Shown in pieces: positions 11,077-22,959 of a DNA stretch of 64,000 nucleotides. Numbering within the stretch: position 1 is the stretch's first letter; every line of letters begins with the position of its first letter. The stretch lies in the NCBI GenBank assembly GCA_002104905.1, contig MCFE01000280.1, positions 1 to 64,000 on the forward strand, given 5' to 3'. The translations under genes were made by a program, and so were the position numbers. The stretch comes from Basidiobolus meristosporus CBS 931.73. Taxonomy: Eukaryota; Fungi; Basidiobolomycota. The notes beneath the pieces are model-generated. The model did no database searches. It saw nothing but the letters and a program-made list of their open reading frames with translations, and had not been told where the DNA came from.

Positions 11077-12339
11077 ATTCCCCAAAACCCCTCAGTAGCC
11101 CTCTCACTTGAGAAATAAACGTGTTAAAACGAGATCTTCAGCGAATGCTGGCGTTTTCCGATGCATGCCATCAAAGCTTCCTTTCAAGCTGGAGCAACGG
11201 GTTTTTGAGTATGCAGGAGATTGTGTGAATGTACTTGTGATATATTGCTGCAATAATGATAATTAAAAGAGATTGAATGCAAACATCAACAGTTATATCA
11301 TTGCTAGGGGATAGTAGAAGTTGCCCAAGTGAGTTTTGATTTACCTAGTCTCAACGTTAGTGCTTTGTGAGCTTCTTAAGTTCCAATAACGTCAAGTGGA
11401 AACTGCGGATTGCGGAATACAGACCGCCAAAAAATGCATACAGTTGAGCTGGTGCATTTGATGAATCAATCAATGGTATCCATACTATAATTGTTCAATC
11501 AGCATTACCAAAACTTAGACTCAAGAGAGGCGAAATTTATCCCCGCAATACTGCAGTTTAGGATATTGATTGAAACTTCCATCATTCTTGGGTACGCTTT
11601 GTGGCTGGCCTTATGGCTGCCACAATGATATGAAAGGTGCACTTCTCTAGCATTTTTGCCTATGCCTTTGAACCAATCGACGATCTACTCTTGAAATATT
11701 TATTTGCAAATACATAAGATTTGCCCCAATGTTGAAGACTACTAGCATTGTACATTCCACAAGAATTTGGGAATCTTACTCAATGAGTTGCAGCATTATG
11801 CTCAGCATGAAAGTTGCTCATGAATTGATACTTGAATCATCTTTGGATATGAATAAAACTCGAAGTAAAATTACAATCAACTTGATAAAAATTCCATGAG
11901 CATGTGGTCTTTTGGATAACCGAGAAATATCATATCCTGGGTAGCTGTCTCTTGATGAAAGTAATTAAAGTAAATGCCGACAGAGAATTGTGCCAGGAAA
12001 TAATAAGGCTCTTAGATCAAGTCAATGTGAATATGAGATATATCACATTTTGATCCAGTAGCTTGCAATTGCTTTTATGCATGCTCTCAATCATGAGTAG
12101 ACCCTTAATATTAGTATATATTAGTATACTAAAAATCACAATTGTAAATCGATCGAAATATCTGAATGAAAGGCATCAAGCCAACACTACATATATTCGG
12201 TATGACTAATACATCAAGACTTGAAAGAAAGTAGTGAGAAATATACTTACTACAGCTTACCTCTTTTTGTACCCAGCCTTGCTTACGTCAAACACCGTCG
12301 AAAAATAAATAGCGAATGGTGACAATAACATTTTCACAT

Positions 12340-12754
12340 GCAGCAAACAACTTATCAAAGGTCAATAGAGGGGTGCAGTACAGTAACATTCAGCATTCAA
12401 TGTATGCTATTGAAGGAGAAAGAGAGGTCCAGCAAATGGTTAGTAAAGCACTGGCTATAGAAAGACTTCCCAGACATCATGATGAATATGCCATTTCCGT
12501 GATTGGCTTTGGTGATTTCGTGGTTCTGGTATTTCGATTCAGTATTATTTAGGCATTACGGCACCCTCCAAATCATTGGTCGGAAAATCATGATGGTATA
12601 CCTGAACAGACACCTCGTAGTGACTTGAGCTACCACCATAGCTGTACCCGAAATCCCCGGTGGGAAAGGTGGATACAATAGACCGTTGATATACAAGCTT
12701 ACAAGTGTAGTAAAAGTAAGGACCATTTATTTCTGTAGAGATATTGTCGACCAT
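12340..12754 (-). pseudogene. SABATH methyltransferase relic
   Basis: STFPTGDFGYSYGG and VQVYHHDFPTNDL motifs. DNA at 12430-12530 matches the intact gene (ccagaaccacgaaatcaccaaagccaat...gggaagtc.ttctatagccagtgcttt). Internal deletions and frameshifts. Confidence 0.8.
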
Positions 12755-13068
12755 TGACTAGAATAATGTGTGTACGGTAAAGAGAAATTCAAAAGAAGGG
12801 AAGTAAGAATATATAAAGATGCTCGACCACCAAGTACTATTAGTGGATTTCATTTTCTCGACTATCCCGAACAAAAACCATCGATAAATGCTTATCCAAG
12901 CACATTAACAACTAACAAATTCTTTGTTGGATAGAAAACTACTCCCGAAAGGGCATCTAGCAATCAAGAACAAGCCACGAACTGAATCTAATGAAGAATG
13001 TTTAATACTATACTACAAGAATTAGGGTATTCAGGGAAAGCAACTAGAAGTAGAACTGGGATAGCAGA

Positions 13069-14917
13069 TCATTTGGTCTTCGGGATCTTGGTGTACTTCA
13101 CGCCCAAGGAAAATAGGAATGCCGCCCCAGCAATGAAAATGGAGATTGTGAAAATGGTTCGAAGAGCATGGACATATACATTCACCACCAATGCTCGATC
13201 ACTCGGTGACAAGGAGTCCAAGAATTGGAGCCCTTTCGTGACGTCCTTTACAGGTATGTTGAGGTTCAGCTCTGCCAACCCTGCGGCCAGTCTGTTGTCA
13301 AAAATGGCACCAAACATGGAAATCCCAATCACTCCTCCGATCGATCGGCAAAAATTGGTTATGGAAGTGACTATGCTGACATCTTTACGCTCAACGGCAG
13401 CCTGACCAGTTAATACTAGAGCCTGAGGACAGCCTCCAGCCCCAGCCCCCAGAACAATCATAAAGCCAATCTGGTGGGCACGACTAGTATTTATATTGAA
13501 TGTCGAGACCAGTCCCGCCCCTACTGTCATCACCGCAGAGCCTATCCAGCACCAGATGATGATAATGCCAGTCCTCGAGATCAACTGACCAGCAGTAATA
13601 CTTATCAAGGAGACCGAAAGCACCATGGGCAGCATGTGAAGCCCAGACGAGATAGCCGATTCACTGAGAACAATCTGATAATACAACGGGATGTAATAAA
13701 TCAACCCGAAGAACATCATTCCGTAAAAAAACATTGCGATGAATGAAAACAGCGGTGAGCGCATCCCGAACAATCGGCAGGGAATGATTGGTTCGGCCGC
13801 CACCTTATACTCCACCACTACAAATGCTATCAAGAGCACACCCGACACACAGAATAGCGCGATGATGATGGGGGAGTTCCAGGCGTACTCATTCCCTCCC
13901 CATTGGGTGGGTAGCAGGAGCGTGATGATAAATCCAAGCAGCAACACAGTGCCGATGAAATCAATACGCTTGATCTTCTCCCAAAGTGAACTTTTTGTCG
14001 AAGGGAGGTGAAGAAACAGCACTACAATGACGATGGCGATCACCCCGATCGGGAGATTGATGTAGAAGGCCCATCTATGTAGCAATGTTACTTATTGTCC
14101 GCATTGTATAGTTTACAAATGAACACGTACCTCCAGGAAGCTTCGTCTGTAAAAACACCTCCTAAAAGCGGACCAAGCACTGCAGAAAGTGCCACCTGGA
14201 AAGAAATGTAAGAATCAGAGACCATCATTGTGCCCATAGCCTTCTGCAACACTTACCGTTCCGCTAATGAAACCTTGATACTTGCCACGTTCTCTGATTG
14301 GAATGATCTTGCTCATGATAATGTAGATCATGCCCTGGACTATAGAAAGGTTAGTGCTGGAAATGAAAGGCAGAAGAGGGCGTCGTACCACACTTGAAAA
14401 TGCTTACTTCCTCCTCCACCGATACCACCGATTGCTCTAGCAACGATCAGCATGATCATGTTCTGGGAGGCTCCTGATAACGCACTACCAATCTCAAATA
14501 TGATGATGGCGACTAAAAAAGTGGCTTTGCATCCGAAAATATCGGAAAACTAAGTGGGATTAGAGAATGGACTAGTTCAACACATCACTGAAATGGACAA
14601 ACCTTGCCGTAGAGTGGCTGACAAGCAGTGGCGGTCAGCATATAGGCTGTAGCCACCCACGTGATCTGATCGAATGCATCAAAATCAGTGGCGATCCTGG
14701 GTAAGGCGGTGGATACAATAGTTCGATCGAGCACGGCGAGCAACACAGCCAATGCAAGACCCAGGATGATCAGGAGAAGTTGTGAGAGGGTTCGCTTTTC
14801 TGGGTTGTGGGAATCATCAACCAGAGCTGGTTTAGAGGGGGTCTTTTCTAGATCCTCCAGTTTCATGCATTCACTGGAAGGGTCAGTAGGGGTAGTGACT
14901 GGTTCGTTTTTTGGCAT
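13069..14917 (-). CDS. MFS drug:H+ antiporter, DHA2/EmrB-QacA (14-TMS) type, copy 1; exons 14917-14603, 14549-14408, 14339-14257, 14195-14131, 14074-13069
   Basis: Four GT-AG introns spliced manually give an open frame with LDRTIVSTALPRI, WVATAYMLT, LYGKFSDIFG, VLGPLLGGVFT, WRWAFYINLPIG and LPTQWGGNEYAW. Confidence 0.9.
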
Positions 14918-15013
14918 CACAGACGGGAACGTTAGGGAAGCACCAGCCCAGCCCTCGTTTATATACACTACTGTTGCGGACCGTACGGGGATTCCTTCAT
15001 GAATTTCTCCGTG

Positions 15014-15043
15014 GGACGTTCTATCTAGATTATCTAGTCCTAT
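15014..15043 (-). promoter_or_regulatory. 30-bp element with two GATA cores upstream of MFS copy 1
   Basis: ggacgttctatctagattatctagtcctat is identical to 22930-22959. The minus strand contains AGATAA and AGATAG. Confidence 0.5.
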
Positions 15044-16346
15044 GAAAGTATCCCGAAATTCGGGGTTAACCAAAACAGTAACCATCCAAAACTCCCATCC
15101 CGATCATTTCATCAAGTGCTTACCAGGTTTCAAAGTAATCTACTCCCAAAAAAGGCTAACTACAGTCCAACCGATCCGCACTCTACTCTCTCGTCCAACT
15201 TGACCCAACTCGAATCTAATAAGCGGCTGGTCTGCTGCGACGAAAAAACCATCAATTCCGCTATTCGCATAGGGTTACCCATCGGCATACAAGCATACCT
15301 TCCGAGCCTCCCACCTATTAGGAAATGAGACGATTGAATATAGGTTCCGTAGAGCGTATCTTTCCTAAATCTATTCCCCAGCATCGCTCTTTATTCGAGT
15401 TTGCCTTGACCTTCCGATGAGTGAAAGCGTAGGTGTGTTGGGCTCAATCCACAATAAGCAATATCCAGGTATAGACGGAAGTAGACGGGAATAGACGGGA
15501 ATAAACGGAATGTAAGTGGTGGAAAAAATTCCTTCCTGTAGAACTAGTAAGTAAAAATTTCTCATCTTTACCTGATTAGGATTGTTATCATCAACCTTCA
15601 ATCTCGACTCGGAAAACCCAGATCGCCAGTCGTAATCGAAACCAAGCCAATCTAGGTACCCCTCTATCAGACGATATCCCGTAAACTTAAGGTTTAATTT
15701 GAGTTTCCTTGATTAAATTCCCAGATTGGTAGGCATTTGCATATGATGCATTACAGTAATCACTTGAAGGCGTAAATAACGGATGTTAATGAGCAACCCT
15801 AGAAATATTGAAAATATCCTAAAGCGACGCATTCTGTGAAATTCAATGATATTTACGAACGAACACTCTGTTGCAGACTGTAGTGGTAGACTTGGAATAC
15901 ACGGAAGATTCTGTGTAGTTCAATACCGAATTTATGACGGTTGCGAGCTATTGAATGCAAGCATGACGCTTTCTGGATGAGTTCACATGTTAGGCTATTG
16001 CTAACAGGCTGAGTGTTTGAGTCTTTATAGTGAATTCTGATATATCTGGCCTTTGCATTGGTAACTTCCAGACCAGTAGAAAGCAGTAAGATATTCCTCA
16101 AAATTCACACCAACACTGGAGCTTCAAAGACACCCCACTTCACACAATTCTGTCCACTATGTTATTACCATCGTCAGGGCGTCACCAAGTCTATACAAAG
16201 TGCGATCCCGTGACAAACTCCCAAAAGCAATCATGCAGCATTATTGGATTAAGAGGGAAACACTAGGTAGGCCTCTTGGTTGTTTGCCTCCTCCATGCGG
16301 TTGAAGTGTACAAGGATTTATTGATGAATTCTGCAAATAGACTCAG

Positions 16347-16973
16347 CTAAACCTTCACCTCTGCGATCAATAACCCATCTACTACTGTCTCACTGGGTTT
16401 CAAAGAATGGGCCATCTCGACCTCAACAGGTTGTGATGAGTATCTGGCGGATGAATTTTCAATGTAAGCTTTGTACTCTGGAGCACCAGGGAGAATGATG
16501 TTGTCAGCAACAACAGTTGACCCAGATCGGAGCCATTGAGCCTCCTCAATGATCTTGAGATCCTGAGCATACGCCTCCATCCAATGGTCAATGAACACAA
16601 GGACCACCTTCTTGACGCCGTAGGTGCTCAAGAACTCATTACTACTAACCTTGAACTCGCCAACAATGATGGTGACCTTGAATGAGAGTCCAGCATGATC
16701 AATCACCTTTTGCGCAACACTGGCAAACTCGGGATTCATCTCGAAGGAGTAGTAGTGTTCATTGGCTGGGAGCAGATTGGAGAATCGGAGGGCGCTGTAC
16801 CCAAGATATCCGCCGAGCTCCACCATAACGTTAGTGTTGTGCTTGCGGATCAAGTCATCCATGTACTCCCCTTTCTTGTCACTAATATGCATCAGAGCGT
16901 CACCAGGGGTGGAGTTGGACAGGACGAAGTCCAGGCATCCTTTAGTATCTGACTTGTAAATGGTTGCGATCAT
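16347..16973 (-). pseudogene. COMT-like copy 3, inverted; open frame with a 15-codon deletion, probably non-functional
   Basis: 208-aa ORF. PGDAKSVLAAMDRYAETNALMHIG is collapsed to PGDALMHIS, and there is a D-to-V change in KKVVLVFIDHW. I found no ATCWGATAA box upstream. Confidence 0.7.
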
Positions 16974-17896
16974 TACTCCTTTTCTTCTGGGAAAATGTAC
17001 ACCTGAATATCTTCAGGTGGGAGCTGCGGATTGCGGAATACAGGTCGCCAAGGAATTCACACAAAATTGAGCGCATGGGATATTTGCCATTTGGATATAT
17101 ATTGTGTCGCATTGAAATAAGTAATGGAACGCTCAACATAATGAAGATTTTCAGGGCTAGTCATCGGTGTCCAACAAATATCATTAAGCTGAACCCATCA
17201 CATGAATAGTGTATCTCGAGTCATTTAACAAACATCCTTATATTTGATCCAGAAAACTGGCTGACAAGAATTACTGATTTGATAGAATCATCATTGCTAA
17301 GCCACCCAAGAGAGGTCAGATTAGACCGTGTAGCGATCCGATTTGTCGGTTATCATCTATATTATAGCTGCTCCACAATTTAGTAATGGTATTTACTAAA
17401 ATGCTTACGTGCTCAGGCTGTTGTTTTATATGCTACTACAATTCACAATGCTGTGGGGAGTACCACACACAAATCTATTCTAACAGGGCTACTAGAATAT
17501 TCTTTACATATTTATGATAGCACTCTAGAGCTAGTATCCTCAATGTCATTATATCCTTTTCAAATTTAAACATCTAGATGTACAACACACAACTGCAGAA
17601 ATGGTTACAGTCATTTAGTTTGGCTCCCAATTCACATATTATAGTTTCATAATATATTGGGAGCGTAGCTAAAAAATGCTTGTGGTAATATGTGGATGTC
17701 GTTAATATCCTTGTGGTTGGTTAGAGATATCTGAGCGCAAGGTGTTGAGCCAACAATGCAGATATCAAGTTCCACCGCCACCCCAAGATGCGCTAACCCC
17801 AATTGATCAACAAAATGTGGTGAGCAATACGTTTACTACTACTGTCCTATTTCTATCCGCAGTTTACTTACATCTGATATTGAAATGTGACAGGAC

Positions 17897-18968
17897 TTAG
17901 TCAGCAACTTTCTCGATAGCTACATAACGAATGGTAGCGGCTACATTTTCACTTGCAGTATACAATGTCGAAAGCTTCGAGAAAAACTCATCCAAGAATT
18001 TTGTTAGTTTAGCTTCATCATCAAATACGGCTCCCTTGACTAGTCCGGTATAGAGCTGAGGCCAGAAAATTGCTTTGAGATGATCGCTATTACGGCCCCT
18101 GACGTTTTCGAACATGTTATCTATGTAGTGAATTAACTCTAAGGATGGAACCTCATGAATTGCTTGAACGACATTCTCCTTGGTCCGAGCGATTAGTGGT
18201 ATGAGCGTGTAGCCCAACAATGAAGGATCGATGTTGTACTCGTTTATATGTTGTTGCCATATATCATCAATACCGCCAAGATTTCCGAAATCACCTAGTA
18301 GCGAGATTACTAACTTTCCTCCTTTACGTAGCTCCTTGGCACGGCAACTTAAAAACGTCACGAATTGCTTTTGAGCCACGTCCTGAATCAGCGACAGTTG
18401 CTCCTCGCTGACATGCTTGGAGTAAACCATCAACGGTCGGTAGAGGGTTACACCAATATCCGGCATCCAATGTATGCTGTTGAAGGAGAAGGAGAGGTCC
18501 AGTAAAGCGTTGGGAAAGCACTGGCTATAGAAGGATTTCCCAGACATCATGCTGAATATGCGATTTCCGGGATTGGCTTTGGTGATTTCGTGGTTCTGGT
18601 ATGTCAATTCGGGATCATTCAGGCATTTGAACACTTCCCGAAAATCATTGATCGGAAGGTCATTGTGATACACCTGGATGGACAGTGGTCCATCATTCCT
18701 CCTTGTTTCTTGCATGGCATCTAGGATGGCATTGATCGATATCATTGAGTTACCGCCATGGCTGCACCCAAAATCCCCAATGGAAAAGGTGGATGTGATA
18801 TTGGGAGCAAGGTGCTGCACTACGATATTGGAAGAGCATTAGTGACGGCTTCTGGGATACTCTACAAAGAGATATAGTGTTACCTATCTTGCGAAGAATT
18901 ACAATCCCATCCTCGTTGATATGAGCCTGCATTGTTGAATTCTCGTTGTAATCCATCATCGGCTGCAT
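17897..18968 (-). CDS. SABATH-family SAM-dependent carboxyl methyltransferase; exons 18968-18884 and 18819-17897 (~335 aa)
   Basis: 64-nt GTAAC...CTAAT...TAG intron. Motifs DYNENSTMQ, IGDFGCSHGGNS, QVYHNDLPINDF, MSGKSFYSQCFP, SFNSIHW and FLSCRAKELRKGG. Confidence 0.9.
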
Positions 18969-20439
18969 GATCGAGTTACTCGACGTTTCTAGAGATGTGC
19001 ATCAGTGCATCGACTAGTAGCGTGACTGTGACGCTGAAATTTACCTGCCAGTTGGTGGGGTTGATTGACCTGTGCGGATTGAATGATCTTCTTCATGGCT
19101 AGCGAGCTTGATGTGAATTTCAATTACTAGCCAGTATTTATAGACGCTCGAACGCCTCCAGACACATGCTGTGGATTTGATTGATGTGAACTTGCACATC
19201 TCACCAAATGATCTACAAACTACTGCAAGCAATAGGAGATGAGTAAGGGCGAAAGATGTGACTTGAACCAATCGGCAAGGGTCCCGAAAAGCGCATTCAT
19301 CACTGTTGTTCCTATGAGTGGTGCGAGCACCCAGATTAACGGAGATTGACGGAAGATGTTGTCCGTTGATACGTATGACCAAAATTCGAGTGAGTGTGTG
19401 GTGAGAAAGATTTTTTTAACTGATCGCCATGTCATTTCCACTATGCTTGGTTCTCTCGAAAAAGTCGAATCAGCCTAGATAAAACTCTGGATCAAAGCTG
19501 AATCAGATACATCCTATATGTTCGTCTGACATACCCAAACCGTTTTTGCAGACATTTGTACCAAAGGGATAGCTAATACACTGGAAAGCCAACAATGACA
19601 AAACAACCACGTACATTATATTCAGAAAGGTCCCAAGAGTATGTGTGCAAATTTTGGGGGCTTTAGGACAGCTCACAATATTTCCGTGTTCTGGGTACCT
19701 GACTACATTTAACTATTTACATGAACTTAGTCATGAACACCATGTTGATATAAATATTTAGGTGTTTCCATAATTTGAAGTGACTGGTAGAATATCAGCT
19801 ATTGATTTCAAGTGAATTAGATATGGAGCGCATACTTGGGTACCATTTCTGAATTTGAAGAGGGGTATTTATTTGCACTCTATTAAGAACTTAAGAACGG
19901 ATGGTATATCAGGTATTTTACCTTTGCTCAGTCAGGCAATTCTTAGAAGCTTCATTTCCCCAGTCTCTGTCAATTACTTCTGAATTCCTAGTTTTGTATG
20001 CCTTAATATCAGCATTGCTCACAATATCCTCCATACATACATACTGGCTCACATTCAGTGCGACAGAATCATCAAAGCAACAAAATTGTCATTGAATGAT
20101 CTGCTCCATTATATGAACAACTAAGAGCTATGGGCATTTGTACTTTATTTTTGCTTTTCAAAGCATGGAATTTTTTGCTTGAGCAGTTCTCGATTGTTCA
20201 TGTATCAATGTTGCCGTTTTTATGATAAGAGTAGATCCTCAACATGATTATAGCCAAATGTTGATGTGCTAAAAATGGATGGATCTAAATATCTGAATGC
20301 AAGGTATCAACTCAACATGACATATATTAGGTAGGACTGACACACCAAGATGTGCTAACCCCAATTGCTTGCAACAAAGTGGTGAGTAGTACATTTACTA
20401 TAGCTCGCCTCTTTCCATCCGCAGTTTGCTTACATCCGA

Positions 20440-20530
20440 TATCGAAATTCAGGCACTTTTTCGAGAGATACATAGACCACGATGGCAACCACATTTTCAC
20501 TTGCAGCATAGCCAGTATTTATAGGCACTC
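20440..20530 (-). pseudogene. SABATH deletion scar: last codons fused to promoter
   Basis: acattttcacttgcag (3' end of the gene) is joined directly to tagccagtatttatag (TATA region of the gene). About 1.17 kb is missing relative to 17957-19128. Confidence 0.7.
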
Positions 20531-21024
20531 GAACACCTACAGACGCATGCTGTGGATTTGATTAATGCAAACCAGCACACCTCACCAAACGATCTACATA
20601 GTAATGCTCAGCGAAAGGAGATGAGTAAGGGCCAAAGATGCGATTTGAACCAATCAGGAGACATTCTTCACCCCTGTTTCCAAGAGTGGAGCGATTTCCC
20701 GGAGTAACCACGATTGACGGAAAATATAATTGTCCGTAGAAAAGAGTTGTGTGAGTGTATGGCAATTAAGAATCATTATTTTCTGCTCGCGAAAACGACG
20801 ACCTGGCGGGGGTAAAATCATTGATAAACGCCTATTCAAGTGCATCATACGTATTTGCAAATTCTTAGTTGGATAGAAAACTACCCCTGAAAGGCCGTCT
20901 AGCAATCATGGAAATGCTTGAAATTGAAGCTGATTAAGAATGTTTAATGGTATACTACAAGAATTAGGGTATTGGAGGGAAGCTATTAGTAGTAGGGTTA
21001 TGATGGTGGATGCGGTAAACATAA

Positions 21025-22854
21025 TCATTTGGTCTTCGGAATCTTGGTGTGCTTCACACCCAAGGAGAATAGAAATGTTGCGCCAGCAAAGAAAATGGTG
21101 ACCGTGAAAATGGTTTGAAGAACGTGAACGTATACATTTACCACCGATGCCCGCTCACTCGATGACAAGGAGTCCAAGAATTGGAGCCCTTTCGTGGCGT
21201 CCTTTACAGGTATGTTGAGGTTCAGCTTTGCCAAGCCTGCAGCTAGTCTGTTATCGAAAATGGCGCCAAACATAGATACCCCTAGTACTCCTCCGATCGA
21301 TCGAGAGAAGTTACTTAAGGAAGTGACTATGCTCACATCCTTACGCTCAACGGCAGCCTGGCCAGCCAAGATCAGAGTCTGAGGGCAGCCTCCAGCCCCA
21401 GCCCCCAAAATAAGTAAATAAACAATCTGTTGGGCACGACTAGTATCTACGTCGAACATCGTGATGAGCCCCACCCCTACCGTCATCACCGCAGAGCCTA
21501 TCCAGCACCAGACGATGACGATACCGGTCCATGAGGTCAACTGGCCAGCAGTAATACTAAGGATGGAGACTGAAAGCACCATGGGCAGCATTTGAAGCCC
21601 AGACGAGATAGCCGATTCCCCGAGGACAATCTGATAATACAACGGGATGTAATAGATCACCCCGAAGAACACCACTCCGTAAAAAAACATTGCGATGAAT
21701 GAAAACAGCGGTGAGCGCATCCCGAACAATCGGCAGGGAATGATTGGTTCGGCCGCCACCTTATACTCCACCACTACAAATGCTATCAAGAGCACACCCG
21801 ACACACAGAATAGCGCAATGATGATGGGGGAGTTCCAGGCGTACTCATTCCCTCCCCATTGGGTGGGTAGCAGGAGCGTGATGATAAATCCAAGCAGCAG
21901 CAGAGTCCCGATGAAATCAATTCGGTTAACCTTCTCCCAAAACGAACCATGTGTCGAAGGGAGATGAAGAAACAGCACTACAATGACGATGGCGATCACC
22001 CCGATCGGGAGATTGATGTAGAAGGCCCATCTATGTAGCAATATTACTTATTGTCCGCATTGTATAGTTTACAAATGAATACGTACCTCCATGTGGCTTC
22101 GTCTGTAAAGACTCCTCCCAAAAGGGGTCCAAGCACCGAAGAAAGCGCCACCTAAAAGAGTGTTAGAAACCACGGTCGTGTCGGAAGTCTGCCGTAGTAC
22201 TTACCGTCGCACTAATGAAGCTTTGATACTTGCCACGCTCTCGGATGGGAATGACCTTACTCATGATAATGTATACCATGCCCTGAACTGTAGATAGGTT
22301 AATGCTGGAAGTGTGGGGCGGGAGAGGGCGTCATACCAAGCTTGAAAATGCTTACTTCCTCCTCCGCCAACGCCACTGATTGCTCTAGCAATGATCAGCA
22401 TGATCATGGTCTGTGAGGCTCCTGATAACGCACTACCAATCTCAAATATGAGAATGGCCATCAAAAAAGTGACTTTGCATCCGAAGATATCAGACAACTA
22501 GGTGGAGGTTAGAGAATGGACTAGTTCAACACATCACTGAAATGGACAAACCTTGCCGTAGAGTGGCTGACAAGCAGTGGCGGTCAGCATATAGGCTGTA
22601 GCCACCCACGTGCTCTGATCGAATGCATTAAAATCAGTGGCGATCTTGGGTAAAGCTGTTGCTACGATGGTTCGATCGAGAGCAGCCAGTAGCATTGACA
22701 TCGCAAGGCCCATCATGATCAGGAGAAGTTGTGAGAGGGTACGTTTTTCTGGACTGAGGGGATCAGATGCAACGTGGTTTTTTTCTAGATCCCCTAGCTT
22801 CGCGCACTCAGAGGGTAGATCATTGTGCGTGGGAACTGGGTTGCTCTTTGGCAT
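21025..22854 (-). CDS. MFS drug:H+ antiporter, DHA2 type, copy 2; exons 22854-22552, 22497-22356, 22287-22205, 22151-22087, 22030-21025
   Basis: Same exon phases and internal exon lengths (142, 83, 65 nt) as copy 1; open frame after splicing. Confidence 0.9.
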
Positions 22855-22929
22855 TATGGAAAGGAACAATAACATAGCATCGGACGCAGCCCTTGCTTAT
22901 ATATGCTACTCATGATGAGCTACTGAATA

Positions 22930-22959
22930 GGACGTTCTATCTAGATTATCTAGTCCTAT
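22930..22959 (-). promoter_or_regulatory. 30-bp double-GATA element upstream of MFS copy 2
   Basis: Identical to 15014-15043 while the neighbouring sequence diverges. Confidence 0.5.

Larger units (their letters stand above)
11800..15720. repeat. Segmental duplication copy A (SABATH relic, MFS and upstream region)
   Basis: Co-linear similarity to ~19900-23720 in coding and non-coding DNA, e.g. ttggatagaaaactac and ctattccccagcat..ctctt. Boundaries are approximate. Confidence 0.75.

Noticed and set aside
14918-15085. N-terminal extension of the MFS copy 1 ORF
   Set aside because: It contains the TATA-like TATATAAA and the conserved promoter element; the paralog starts at the equivalent MPK methionine.
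15470-15512. Four ~10-bp tandem units (tagacgggaa)
   Set aside because: A short minisatellite absent from the paralogous promoter; no spacers, not CRISPR-like.
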